A stretch of DNA of 64,000 nt, taken from positions 496,001 through 560,000 of the forward strand of contig JAHDYR010000066.1 of assembly GCA_019828565.1 (NCBI GenBank). Direction: 5' to 3'. The notes below the pieces were generated by a model. That model made no database searches. It saw nothing but the letters and a program-made list of their open reading frames with translations, and was not told where the DNA came from. The DNA is from Carpediemonas membranifera BICM. Lineage: Eukaryota; Protista; Fornicata. Shown piece by piece: positions 41,826 to 51,478 of this stretch. A program made the translations under genes and the position numbers. How positions within the stretch are numbered: the first letter of the stretch is position 1; each line of letters starts with the position of its first letter.

Positions 41826-44800
41826 ATGCCGCCTCGATCATCGACACTGATTGTCGATTTTGGTGCAAGTCCGCTCAGCTTGACCACACAATCAACAAAA
41901 ATCGCGAAAAAAGATGAAGACAAGAGCACGATGAAGCACAGCAACCACAGATTAATGCTTCAGTATTTCGTGTCCTATGGACGAAAATCCACAATTTGTA
42001 CTCATAGAAAGCCTTTAATTCATCTTATCTTCGCCACATGCGTCATGATGCTGATGGTGCGCTCAACCACAGCCACGATCACCGGTTTGACGGGAACAAA
42101 GATGTGCCCGCTGATAGATACCGCTGCTGGCAATGCTGGGCAATACCATGTCGTCCTCGAGGGCGATATCCTTCTTCTCGATGGCGCAACCTCGGAGTCA
42201 ACACCTGCAACACCAAATAGCGGACTCGTCTCGGCGTACAACCTGGAACATGGCACGAGTTCCATGATCGATAGCCCAGTTCCAGTTAGTTATAAGAAGT
42301 TCGGCTACGGGCTGGACATGAGTCTCCCCTATACTGTCATCGGGTCGTTTATGGCCGATGTGGCTTACGTGTTCAAGCTAACCACCAATACGCCCGCAAC
42401 TATGGACTGGACACAGCTCTGTGAGCTTTCGGTCATCTACACCACAGCTCAGGGAGCGACCTCATTCGACCAGTTCGGCAGGCAAGTCGGCGTTAGTGGG
42501 TCCTGGATTGTTGTCTTCATGATGAAATCCAGCTCTGCCTATGCGGCCATGTTTCAAATCAATTCCGATACGGTCACGCACCACAGCGACGTGACCCTTA
42601 GTGGCATGAACTACGCTACCTCAATTGCTATTGATGGAGACACGTTCGTCGTAGGCAAGGACCAAAGTGACGCGAAGGTCTACACATACGACTCGGGCAC
42701 ATGGTCCTACGACGCCCCTCTGTATTCTGTGGGCCTTGCATCATACTATGGTCGCGAGGTAGCCATCTCTGGTGACATCATCGCCGTCAGCGTGAATATC
42801 AATGGTGGCAAGGTCGGTGCAGTCTACACCCGGACGGCGGGCACGTGGGGCTCGACTGGTACGCCCCTGGAGATCCCCTCGGGGGAAGGCTGGGCGACAG
42901 GCACGGATGGATCGATCGACATCTACAGCACCGCCATCATCGTCGGCCAGAGCAGCTCAACGGCACCGACCCACACAGCCGTCTTCTTCTTCGAGAGCGG
43001 CACCTGGACGCCGTCAGAGAGCCTCACTGGGACCGGCCTCGAGTACGCAGGCCGCGTTGCTATTGGGTCTGAGTACATTGCAGCAACAGCCTACCGCGCT
43101 GATTGCACCGCATCCGGCTCCGGTGCGGCGTTCTACTCGACTTACTCGGCTCCGACCCCCGCCGTCGTCACATGCAGCGCCGGTACGTACAACGATGGCG
43201 GGACATGCACAACGTGCCCGCCAGGCACGTACTCCAGCGGCGGGGCGACCAGCTGCACCCAGGCGACGGCGGGCCACAAGACGAACAGCGGCAAGACAGA
43301 TCAGGAGGACTGCCCCGCAGGCACATACTCGGAGGCCGGCGCGGATTCCTGCACGGGTTGCCCAACAGGCAAGTACTCGTCGGCGGTCTCCTCGGAGTGC
43401 ACGCAGACGTCCATCGGCTACAAGACGAAGTCCGACCAGTCCGGCCAGGAACCGTGCAACGGCGGGTACTTCCAGCCCAGCGCCGGCCAGACGGATTGCG
43501 AGGAGAGCACGCCCGGCCATTACGTCCCCGCCAACGGCGAGGGGCATGACAGGCAGCTGGACTGCCAGGCCGGCAAGTACTCGGGAGCCCATGCCAGCGC
43601 CTGCACGTCCTCGGCCGCGGGCTACCGCACCAACGACGACCGGAGCGGCGAGGTGATCTGCGATGCAGGCACCGTCTCCGCCGGTGGCGCCGACACGTGC
43701 TCGAACTGCAACTCCGGCGAATACCAGGACCAGGCCGGCCAGCCGACGTGCAAGACGGCCACCGCCGGCAACTACGTTCCCGCGGGCGGGGCGAGGACCG
43801 AACAGACCTCGTGCCCGCCAGGCACGTACTCCAGCGGCGGGGCGACCAGCTGCACCCAGGCGACGGCGGGCCACAAGACGAACAGCGGCAAGACAGATCA
43901 GGAGGACTGCCCCGCAGGCACATACTCGGAGGCCGGCGCGGATTCCTGCACGGGTTGCCCAACAGGCAAGTACTCGTCGGCGGTCTCCTCGGAGTGCACG
44001 CAGACGTCCATCGGCTACAAGACGAAGTCCGACCAGTCCGGCCAGGAACCGTGCAACGGCGGGTACTTCCAGCCCAGCGCCGGCCAGACGGATTGCGAGG
44101 AGAGCACGCCCGGCCATTACGTCCCCGCCAACGGCGAGGGGCATGACAGGCAGCTGGACTGCCAGGCCGGCAAGTACTCGGGAGCCCATGCCAGCGCCTG
44201 CACGTCCTCGGCCGCGGGCTACCGCACCAACGACGACCGGAGCGGCGAGGTGATCTGCGATGCAGGCACCGTCTCCGCCGGTGGCGCCGACACGTGCTCG
44301 AACTGCAACTCCGGCGAATACCAGGACCAGGCCGGCCAGCCGACGTGCAAGACGGCCACCGCCGGCAACTACGTTCCCGCGGGCGGGGCGAGGACCGAAC
44401 AGACCTCGTGCCCGCCAGGCACGTACTCCAGCGGCGGGGCGACCAGCTGCACCCAGGCGACGGCGGGCCACAAGACGAACAGCGGCAAGACAGATCAGGA
44501 GGACTGCCCCGCAGGCACATACTCGGAGGCCGGCGCGGATTCCTGCACGGGTTGCCCAACAGGCAAGTACTCGTCGGCGGTCTCCTCGGAGTGCACGCAG
44601 ACGTCCATCGGCTACAAGACGAAGTCCGACCAGTCCGGCCAGGAACCGTGCAACGGCGGGTACTTCCAGCCCAGCGCCGGCCAGACGGATTGCGAGGAGA
44701 GCACGCCCGGCCATTACGTCCCCGCCAACGGCGAGGGGCATGACAGGCAGCTGGACTGCCAGGCCGGCAAGTACTCGGGAGCCCATGCCAGCGCCTGCAC

Positions 44801-47800
44801 GTCCTCGGCCGCGGGCTACCGCACCAACGACGACCGGAGCGGCGAGGTGATCTGCGATGCAGGCACCGTCTCCGCCGGTGGCGCCGACACGTGCTCGAAC
44901 TGCAACTCCGGCGAATACCAGGACCAGGCCGGCCAGCCGACGTGCAAGACGGCCACCGCCGGCAACTACGTTCCCGCGGGCGGGGCGAGGACCGAACAGA
45001 CCTCGTGCCCGCCAGGCACGTACTCCAGCGGCGGGGCGACCAGCTGCACCCAGGCGACGGCGGGCCACAAGACGAACAGCGGCAAGACAGATCAGGAGGA
45101 CTGCCCCGCAGGCACATACTCGGAGGCCGGCGCGGATTCCTGCACGGGTTGCCCAACAGGCAAGTACTCGTCGGCGGTCTCCTCGGAGTGCACGCAGACG
45201 TCCATCGGCTACAAGACGAAGTCCGACCAGTCCGGCCAGGAACCGTGCAACGGCGGGTACTTCCAGCCCAGCGCCGGCCAGACGGATTGCGAGGAGAGCA
45301 CGCCCGGCCATTACGTCCCCGCCAACGGCGAGGGGCATGACAGGCAGCTGGACTGCCAGGCCGGCAAGTACTCGGGAGCCCATGCCAGCGCCTGCACGTC
45401 CTCGGCCGCGGGCTACCGCACCAACGACGACCGGAGCGGCGAGGTGATCTGCGATGCAGGCACCGTCTCCGCCGGTGGCGCCGACACGTGCTCGAACTGC
45501 AACTCCGGCGAATACCAGGACCAGGCCGGCCAGCCGACGTGCAAGACGGCCACCGCCGGCAACTACGTTCCCGCGGGCGGGGCGAGGACCGAACAGACCT
45601 CGTGCCCGCCAGGCACGTACTCCAGCGGCGGGGCGACCAGCTGCACCCAGGCGACGGCGGGCCACAAGACGAACAGCGGCAGGACAGATCAGGAGGACTG
45701 CCCCGCAGGCACATACTCGGAGGCCGGCGCGGATTCCTGCACGGGTTGCCCAACAGGCAAGTACTCGTCGGCGGTCTCCTCGGAGTGCACGCAGACGTCC
45801 ATCGGCTACAAGACGAAGTCCGACCAGTCCGGCCAGGAACCGTGCAACGGCGGGTACTTCCAGCCCAGCGCCGGCCAGACGGATTGCGAGGAGAGCACGC
45901 CCGGCCATTACGTCCCCGCCAACGGCGAGGGGCATGACAGGCAGCTGGACTGCCAGGCCGGCAAGTACTCGGGAGCCCATGCCAGCGCCTGCACGTCCTC
46001 GGCCGCGGGCTACCGCACCAACGACGACCGGAGCGGCGAGGTGATCTGCGATGCAGGCACCGTCTCCGCCGGTGGCGCCGACACGTGCTCGAACTGCAAC
46101 TCCGGCGAATACCAGGACCAGGCCGGCCAGCCGACGTGCAAGACGGCCACCGCCGGCAACTACGTTCCCGCGGGCGGGGCGAGGACCGAACAGACCTCGT
46201 GCCCGCCAGGCACGTACTCCAGCGGCGGGGCGACCAGCTGCACCCAGGCGACGGCGGGCCACAAGACGAACAGCGGCAGGACAGATCAGGAGGACTGCCC
46301 CGCAGGCACATACTCGGAGGCCGGCGCGGATTCCTGCACGGGTTGCCCAACAGGCAAGTACTCGTCGGCGGTCTCCTCGGAGTGCACGCAGACTTCCATC
46401 GGCTACAAGACGAAGTCCGACCAGTCCGGCCAGGAACCGTGCAACGGCGGGTACTTCCAGCCCAGCGCCGGCCAGACGGATTGCGAGGAGAGCACGCCCG
46501 GCCATTACGTCCCCGCCAACGGCGAGGGGCATGACAGGCAGCTGGACTGCCAGGCCGGCAAGTACTCGGGAGCCCATGCCAGCGCCTGCACGTCCTCGGC
46601 CGCGGGCTACCGCACCAACGACGACCGGAGCGGCGAGGTGATCTGCGATGCAGGCACCGTCTCCGCCGGTGGCGCCGACACGTGCTCGAACTGCAACTCC
46701 GGCGAATACCAGGACCAGGCCGGCCAGCCGACGTGCAAGACGGCCACCGCCGGCAACTACGTTCCCGCGGGCGGGGCGAGGACCGAACAGACCTCGTGCC
46801 CGCCAGGCACGTACTCCAGCGGCGGGGCGACCAGCTGCACCCAGGCGACGGCGGGCCACAAGACGAACAGCGGCAAGACAGATCAGGAGGACTGCCCCGC
46901 AGGCACATACTCGGAGGCCGGCGCGGATTCCTGCACGGGTTGCCCAACAGGCAAGTACTCGTCGGCGGTCTCCTCGGAGTGCACGCAGACGTCCATCGGC
47001 TACAAGACGAAGTCCGACCAGTCCGGCCAGGAACCGTGCAACGGCGGGTACTTCCAGCCCAGCGCCGGCCAGACGGATTGCGAGGAGAGCACGCCCGGCC
47101 ATTACGTCCCCGCCAACGGCGAGGGGCATGACAGGCAGCTGGACTGCCAGGCCGGCAAGTACTCGGGAGCCCATGCCAGCGCCTGCACGTCCTCGGCCGC
47201 GGGCTACCGCACCAACGACGACCGGAGCGGCGAGGTGATCTGCGATGCAGGCACCGTCTCCGCCGGTGGCGCCGACACGTGCTCGAACTGCAACTCCGGC
47301 GAATACCAGGACCAGGCCGGCCAGCCGACGTGCAAGACGGCCACCGCCGGCAACGACGTTCCCGCGGGCGGGGCGAGGACCGAACAGACCTCGTGCCCGC
47401 CAGGCACGTACTCCAGCGGCGGGGCGACCAGCTGCACCCAGGCGACGGCGGGCCACAAGACGAACAGCGGCAAGACAGATCAGGAGGACTGCCCCGCAGG
47501 CACATACTCGGAGGCCGGCGCGGATTCCTGCACGGGTTGCCCAACAGGCAAGTACTCGTCGGCGGTCTCCTCGGAGTGCACGCAGACGTCCATCGGCTAC
47601 AAGACGAAGTCCGACCAGTCCGGCCAGGAACCGTGCAACGGCGGGTACTTCCAGCCCAGCGCCGGCCAGACGGATTGCGAGGAGAGCACGCCCGGCCATT
47701 ACGTCCCCGCCAACGGCGAGGGGCATGACAGGCAGCTGGACTGCCAGGCCGGCAAGTACTCGGGAGCCCATGCCAGCGCCTGCACGTCCTCGGCCGCGGG

Positions 47801-50360
47801 CTACCGCACCAACGACGACCGGAGCGGCGAGGTGATCTGCGATGCAGGCACCGTCTCCGCCGGTGGCGCCGACACGTGCTCGAACTGCAACTCCGGCGAA
47901 TACCAGGACCAGGCCGGCCAGCCGACGTGCAAGACGGCCACCGCCGGCAACTACGTTCCCGCGGGCGGGGCGAGGACCGAACAGACCTCGTGCCCGCCAG
48001 GCACGTACTCCAGCGGCGGGGCGACCAGCTGCACCCAGGCGACGGCGGGCCACAAGACGAACAGCGGCAAGACAGATCAGGAGGACTGCCCCGCAGGCAC
48101 ATACTCGGAGGCCGGCGCGGATTCCTGCACGGGTTGCCCAACAGGCAAGTACTCGTCGGCGGTCTCCTCGGAGTGCACGCAGACGTCCATCGGTTACAAG
48201 ACGAAGTCCGACCAGTCCGGCCAGGAACCGTGCAACGGCGGGTACTTCCAGCCCAGCGCCGGCCAGACGGATTGCGAGGAGAGCACGCCCGGCCATTACG
48301 TCCCCGCCAACGGCGAGGGGCATGACAGGCAGCTGGACTGCCAGGCCGGCAAGTACTCGGGAGCCCATGCCAGCGCCTGCACGTCCTCGGCCGCGGGCTA
48401 CCGCACCAACGACGACCGGAGCGGCGAGGTGATCTGCGATGCAGGCACCGTCTCCGCCGGTGGCGCCGACACGTGCTCGAACTGCTTCAATGGGGCGTAC
48501 GCGGCGAGTACCGGGGCGAGCAGATGCACGACGACCAGTGTTGGCCACTTCGTCGAGGACGTAGATGAGCCTCACGCCGCCGAGACCCCCTGCCCTGCGG
48601 GCTCCTATCAGGACCGTGTGGGGCAGGACGTCTGTCTCAGCTGCCCTGCTGGCAAGTACACGGGGGTGGTTGGTCAGGACGTCTGCATGGCGTGTCCGAC
48701 CGGGACCTACTCTGCTGATGGGGCATCTGGCTGCACTGAGGCTGACGCCGGGCACTATGCCCGCCCAGACGGCACGGGCCAAGCTGAGTGCGAGGCTGGA
48801 TCGTATCAAGCAAGCACCGGCCAGACCGCATGCAGCAGCTGCGAGCCGGGCACGTACCAGGATCTGAAGGGGCAGGTCTCGTGTGCAAGTACGCCGGCCG
48901 GCACGTTCACGGCCGACGGGGCCATCACCCCCCATGCCTGTGACAGCGGCTTGTACCAGCCCGCCGCGGGCCAGAGCTCCTGCCTACGCTGCCCCGACTT
49001 CCAGACGACCGCGTCGGACGGCCAGCCCCACGCCAGCTGCGCCGTGTGGTCTCCCGTGATCAGCACGACCGAGTCTCTTCAGGTGAACAACAGTGTATTC
49101 GAGGCCCGGGCCGTAGTTTCCGCCGCGATGGATGCGGATGGGGAGCTGTACGAGTGCGTTATCGTCGGAGACTACATTGTGCCGATCGTCACCGCCCCGA
49201 CCGTCGCAGCGGGTACTTACGCGGTCGACGTAGTCTTCAACGACTCCTCGACGGCTGAACTAACGGTGACCGTGTCCGAGACGCTGTCCGTCGACTCGGC
49301 CGGCCTATCGCTGCACGGCACGACGATGCGGGCCTCCGTCCAATCAACAGTTTGCCCCTCGCAACTGTCGATGGGCCCGCTCGGCGTTCTTGACCTCACT
49401 GATGTGCTCATCGCCGACGGCATTCCCGAATGCGTGGCAGATGAGGCCGGAATAACGGCTGCGACACTGACGGAGAGCTTCAGCCCGGGCTTCAGTGAGA
49501 CACTCGAGGCCGACTGGATGTTCTGCCTATCCCTCTCCGGGGCAGTCTTTGGGTCGACAGACGACATCACCGTCTCGCTTGGGGCCACAACATTCGGCTC
49601 GGTGGCGCTGACGCTGGTGTCAGGCGAGGTCTGCCTTGTCACTGCGGCAGTCGACGTTGCCTCTGCCAGTACCAACCAGTCGAGCATGGTCACTGCGTAC
49701 CTTAACGGCGATTCTTTCCTCGTGGCAACACCGGCTACCGGCGGCGACTCTTCTGCGGGGTCCACCGCAGTCCTGTCTGTCTACGGCGCCGCACTGGGGA
49801 TGGTGGTCGTCTTTATCTTCGTCGGCCTGGCCATCTGCCTGCTGTGGGGCGCCCTCACAGCCTTGGTCTGCCTCGGATTCCCGGTCCCCCTCGTCATGTG
49901 GATCGCCGCTCGCAAAAAATCCCATGACACCGAGGAGTGCGACTCGCCCCGCACCGTCGATGAACAGCCACACAAATCCCTCCCGCCGCTGCCGAGCGTC
50001 GCTGCCATGCCCCGCACGATACCTGCCCTTCCCTCACCCGCCGTGCTGAAGCCCGTCATGCCGGCACTGTCCCCTGGAATGGCGCGCCACATGCCAGGGG
50101 CGCTGCTGCCGCTCCCCAAGCCGGTAACCCCCAATCAGGTGCCTGGAATGAAGCCGGCCCTGCCCAGCCTGCCGCTCCTACCCCCACTGAACCCGATCCA
50201 GCAGAGCAAGACGACGCACACCATCGTCGGTGTGAAGGACAACAAGATCACTGCGACTCCCTCTCTCACGCGTATCCAGCAGCCTGCTGGGAAGCCTCTC
50301 ACCCCGCTGCCCCCTGCGTTGCTCGACCGGATCGCGTTACCTGCTCTTCCGAGCAAATAG
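41826..50360 (+). CDS. Giant Cys-rich type-I surface protein (propeller-like N-terminus, GCC2/GCC3-type repeats, TM, Pro-rich tail); true start probably a downstream ATG
   Basis: Hydrophobic leader; FG-GAP-like blades (FGRQVGVSG, YGREVAISG); CPxGxY...C repeats; hydrophobic segment near 49770-49910; Pro-rich C-terminus. Confidence 0.85.
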   Translation: MPPRSSTLIVDFGASPLSLTTQSTKIAKKDEDKSTMKHSNHRLMLQYFVSYGRKSTICTHRKPLIHLIFATCVMMLMVRSTTATITGLTGTKMCPLIDTAAGNAGQYHVVLEGDILLLDGATSESTPATPNSGLVSAYNLEHGTSSMIDSPVPVSYKKFGYGLDMSLPYTVIGSFMADVAYVFKLTTNTPATMDWTQLCELSVIYTTAQGATSFDQFGRQVGVSGSWIVVFMMKSSSAYAAMFQINSDTVTHHSDVTLSGMNYATSIAIDGDTFVVGKDQSDAKVYTYDSGTWSYDAPLYSVGLASYYGREVAISGDIIAVSVNINGGKVGAVYTRTAGTWGSTGTPLEIPSGEGWATGTDGSIDIYSTAIIVGQSSSTAPTHTAVFFFESGTWTPSESLTGTGLEYAGRVAIGSEYIAATAYRADCTASGSGAAFYSTYSAPTPAVVTCSAGTYNDGGTCTTCPPGTYSSGGATSCTQATAGHKTNSGKTDQEDCPAGTYSEAGADSCTGCPTGKYSSAVSSECTQTSIGYKTKSDQSGQEPCNGGYFQPSAGQTDCEESTPGHYVPANGEGHDRQLDCQAGKYSGAHASACTSSAAGYRTNDDRSGEVICDAGTVSAGGADTCSNCNSGEYQDQAGQPTCKTATAGNYVPAGGARTEQTSCPPGTYSSGGATSCTQATAGHKTNSGKTDQEDCPAGTYSEAGADSCTGCPTGKYSSAVSSECTQTSIGYKTKSDQSGQEPCNGGYFQPSAGQTDCEESTPGHYVPANGEGHDRQLDCQAGKYSGAHASACTSSAAGYRTNDDRSGEVICDAGTVSAGGADTCSNCNSGEYQDQAGQPTCKTATAGNYVPAGGARTEQTSCPPGTYSSGGATSCTQATAGHKTNSGKTDQEDCPAGTYSEAGADSCTGCPTGKYSSAVSSECTQTSIGYKTKSDQSGQEPCNGGYFQPSAGQTDCEESTPGHYVPANGEGHDRQLDCQAGKYSGAHASACTSSAAGYRTNDDRSGEVICDAGTVSAGGADTCSNCNSGEYQDQAGQPTCKTATAGNYVPAGGARTEQTSCPPGTYSSGGATSCTQATAGHKTNSGKTDQEDCPAGTYSEAGADSCTGCPTGKYSSAVSSECTQTSIGYKTKSDQSGQEPCNGGYFQPSAGQTDCEESTPGHYVPANGEGHDRQLDCQAGKYSGAHASACTSSAAGYRTNDDRSGEVICDAGTVSAGGADTCSNCNSGEYQDQAGQPTCKTATAGNYVPAGGARTEQTSCPPGTYSSGGATSCTQATAGHKTNSGRTDQEDCPAGTYSEAGADSCTGCPTGKYSSAVSSECTQTSIGYKTKSDQSGQEPCNGGYFQPSAGQTDCEESTPGHYVPANGEGHDRQLDCQAGKYSGAHASACTSSAAGYRTNDDRSGEVICDAGTVSAGGADTCSNCNSGEYQDQAGQPTCKTATAGNYVPAGGARTEQTSCPPGTYSSGGATSCTQATAGHKTNSGRTDQEDCPAGTYSEAGADSCTGCPTGKYSSAVSSECTQTSIGYKTKSDQSGQEPCNGGYFQPSAGQTDCEESTPGHYVPANGEGHDRQLDCQAGKYSGAHASACTSSAAGYRTNDDRSGEVICDAGTVSAGGADTCSNCNSGEYQDQAGQPTCKTATAGNYVPAGGARTEQTSCPPGTYSSGGATSCTQATAGHKTNSGKTDQEDCPAGTYSEAGADSCTGCPTGKYSSAVSSECTQTSIGYKTKSDQSGQEPCNGGYFQPSAGQTDCEESTPGHYVPANGEGHDRQLDCQAGKYSGAHASACTSSAAGYRTNDDRSGEVICDAGTVSAGGADTCSNCNSGEYQDQAGQPTCKTATAGNDVPAGGARTEQTSCPPGTYSSGGATSCTQATAGHKTNSGKTDQEDCPAGTYSEAGADSCTGCPTGKYSSAVSSECTQTSIGYKTKSDQSGQEPCNGGYFQPSAGQTDCEESTPGHYVPANGEGHDRQLDCQAGKYSGAHASACTSSAAGYRTNDDRSGEVICDAGTVSAGGADTCSNCNSGEYQDQAGQPTCKTATAGNYVPAGGARTEQTSCPPGTYSSGGATSCTQATAGHKTNSGKTDQEDCPAGTYSEAGADSCTGCPTGKYSSAVSSECTQTSIGYKTKSDQSGQEPCNGGYFQPSAGQTDCEESTPGHYVPANGEGHDRQLDCQAGKYSGAHASACTSSAAGYRTNDDRSGEVICDAGTVSAGGADTCSNCFNGAYAASTGASRCTTTSVGHFVEDVDEPHAAETPCPAGSYQDRVGQDVCLSCPAGKYTGVVGQDVCMACPTGTYSADGASGCTEADAGHYARPDGTGQAECEAGSYQASTGQTACSSCEPGTYQDLKGQVSCASTPAGTFTADGAITPHACDSGLYQPAAGQSSCLRCPDFQTTASDGQPHASCAVWSPVISTTESLQVNNSVFEARAVVSAAMDADGELYECVIVGDYIVPIVTAPTVAAGTYAVDVVFNDSSTAELTVTVSETLSVDSAGLSLHGTTMRASVQSTVCPSQLSMGPLGVLDLTDVLIADGIPECVADEAGITAATLTESFSPGFSETLEADWMFCLSLSGAVFGSTDDITVSLGATTFGSVALTLVSGEVCLVTAAVDVASASTNQSSMVTAYLNGDSFLVATPATGGDSSAGSTAVLSVYGAALGMVVVFIFVGLAICLLWGALTALVCLGFPVPLVMWIAARKKSHDTEECDSPRTVDEQPHKSLPPLPSVAAMPRTIPALPSPAVLKPVMPALSPGMARHMPGALLPLPKPVTPNQVPGMKPALPSLPLLPPLNPIQQSKTTHTIVGVKDNKITATPSLTRIQQPAGKPLTPLPPALLDRIALPALPSK
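43213..48485 (+). repeat. Coding tandem array of about 8.8 units of 597 bp (199 aa)
   Basis: Period 597 (43213, 43810, 44407...); variant sites seen only at 45682, 46279, 46394, 47355 and 48194. Confidence 0.97.
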
Positions 50361-50477
50361 AACCCATAGCGATAGTAAAATTAGCTTTGTGTTAGGCTCG
50401 GCCGACAGCTTTTCACCGGTGTCGACCAAAGGAGTGCAAACAATCGGATCGTGTGTACGTATTTCGCTAAGACCAAA

Positions 50478-51317
50478 ATGAACCGGCAACAAGTACCAGC
50501 AGCAGACAGTATTCCATCGCAGGTGATCAAGAAGTACCTGGAAATACCCCGATTCACGCGGTCATTCATCACTATCAGCCTTGTCATGAGCGTTCTCATC
50601 CGCATGGGCGTTGTCTCTACTGATCAGCTCTATTACCACCCATTGTATCTCAAAGAACTTCAACTATACCGTCTTCTTACCGGCCCGTTTTTCTTGGGGA
50701 GCTTAGGTATCTCCGTCGTCATGAACCTCTTCATGATCCTCGGCTTCTGCTCCAGACTCGAGCAGGCCAAGTACACCAACCGCACAGGCGACCTCATTCT
50801 TGCTGTGGCCATTGCTGTGCTGTGTTTCGCGGCCGGGGGCGCTGTCCCGCTGCTGTACACACAGCTGATGGCCGACCAGGTCTCACTCTTCCTCGTATTC
50901 CTATTCTCCCGCCAGTGCCCCGACGTCACAATGTCCCTGATGGGCACGATCCGCTATCCAGGACGTATGGCGCCCTGGGTGTTTCTGGGGCTCAACTTTC
51001 TAATGGGTCAGAGGATCGCGCCAGGCTTGTTCGCCATCGCCGTCGCCGCTGCCTACCACTATGTCGACGAGGGTTACCCTGTCAGGTTTGGGTCGAACCC
51101 ACTTGAGGCCGTCCGCAGGCGACTTGGGCTGCGTCGGATGGCGACGCGTTCAGCCCAGAGACGGCAAGCCTGGACCTCAAGGGATTACGGCCGCGCCCCG
51201 CCGCAGCAGCGCGTGCAGCCGTTCCCTGACGTTCCCTCCACTCGGCCTCAGCGCCCGGCCTCGGGGGCGTGGGCAGGTCGAGGCCGGGTCGTCGGTCGCA
51301 GTACCCCGGATCAGTAG
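50478..51317 (+). CDS. Derlin (Der1-like ERAD protein)
   Basis: IPRFTR, QLYRLLTGPFFLG, SRLEQ, FSRQCPD, PWV, and C-terminal AWAGRGRVVG SHP-box. Confidence 0.9.
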   Translation: MNRQQVPAADSIPSQVIKKYLEIPRFTRSFITISLVMSVLIRMGVVSTDQLYYHPLYLKELQLYRLLTGPFFLGSLGISVVMNLFMILGFCSRLEQAKYTNRTGDLILAVAIAVLCFAAGGAVPLLYTQLMADQVSLFLVFLFSRQCPDVTMSLMGTIRYPGRMAPWVFLGLNFLMGQRIAPGLFAIAVAAAYHYVDEGYPVRFGSNPLEAVRRRLGLRRMATRSAQRRQAWTSRDYGRAPPQQRVQPFPDVPSTRPQRPASGAWAGRGRVVGRSTPDQ

Positions 51318-51478
51318 TCGGCGTGTTTAACGCCAATAAAGTGTTGTCGGTGTGCTGATCATCTTCTTCACCGGCACTGCAGTTTCTGGTTTGGTCAACG
51401 CGACTCGGGCAAAGTCACTGACACGACAATTGAACCATGACGCGCTGATTCGGCCATTTCACAAACAAGGAAGCAAAT

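Noticed and set aside
43213-48485. CRISPR-like array
   Set aside because: Units are 597 bp, contiguous and coding, with no unique spacers.
43014-48935. 1973-aa and 1657-aa antisense ORFs and repeated 196/149-aa ORFs
   Set aside because: Shadows of a GC-rich in-frame tandem repeat: a stop-free unit is simply multiplied, and the products are low-complexity Arg/Ala/Gly.
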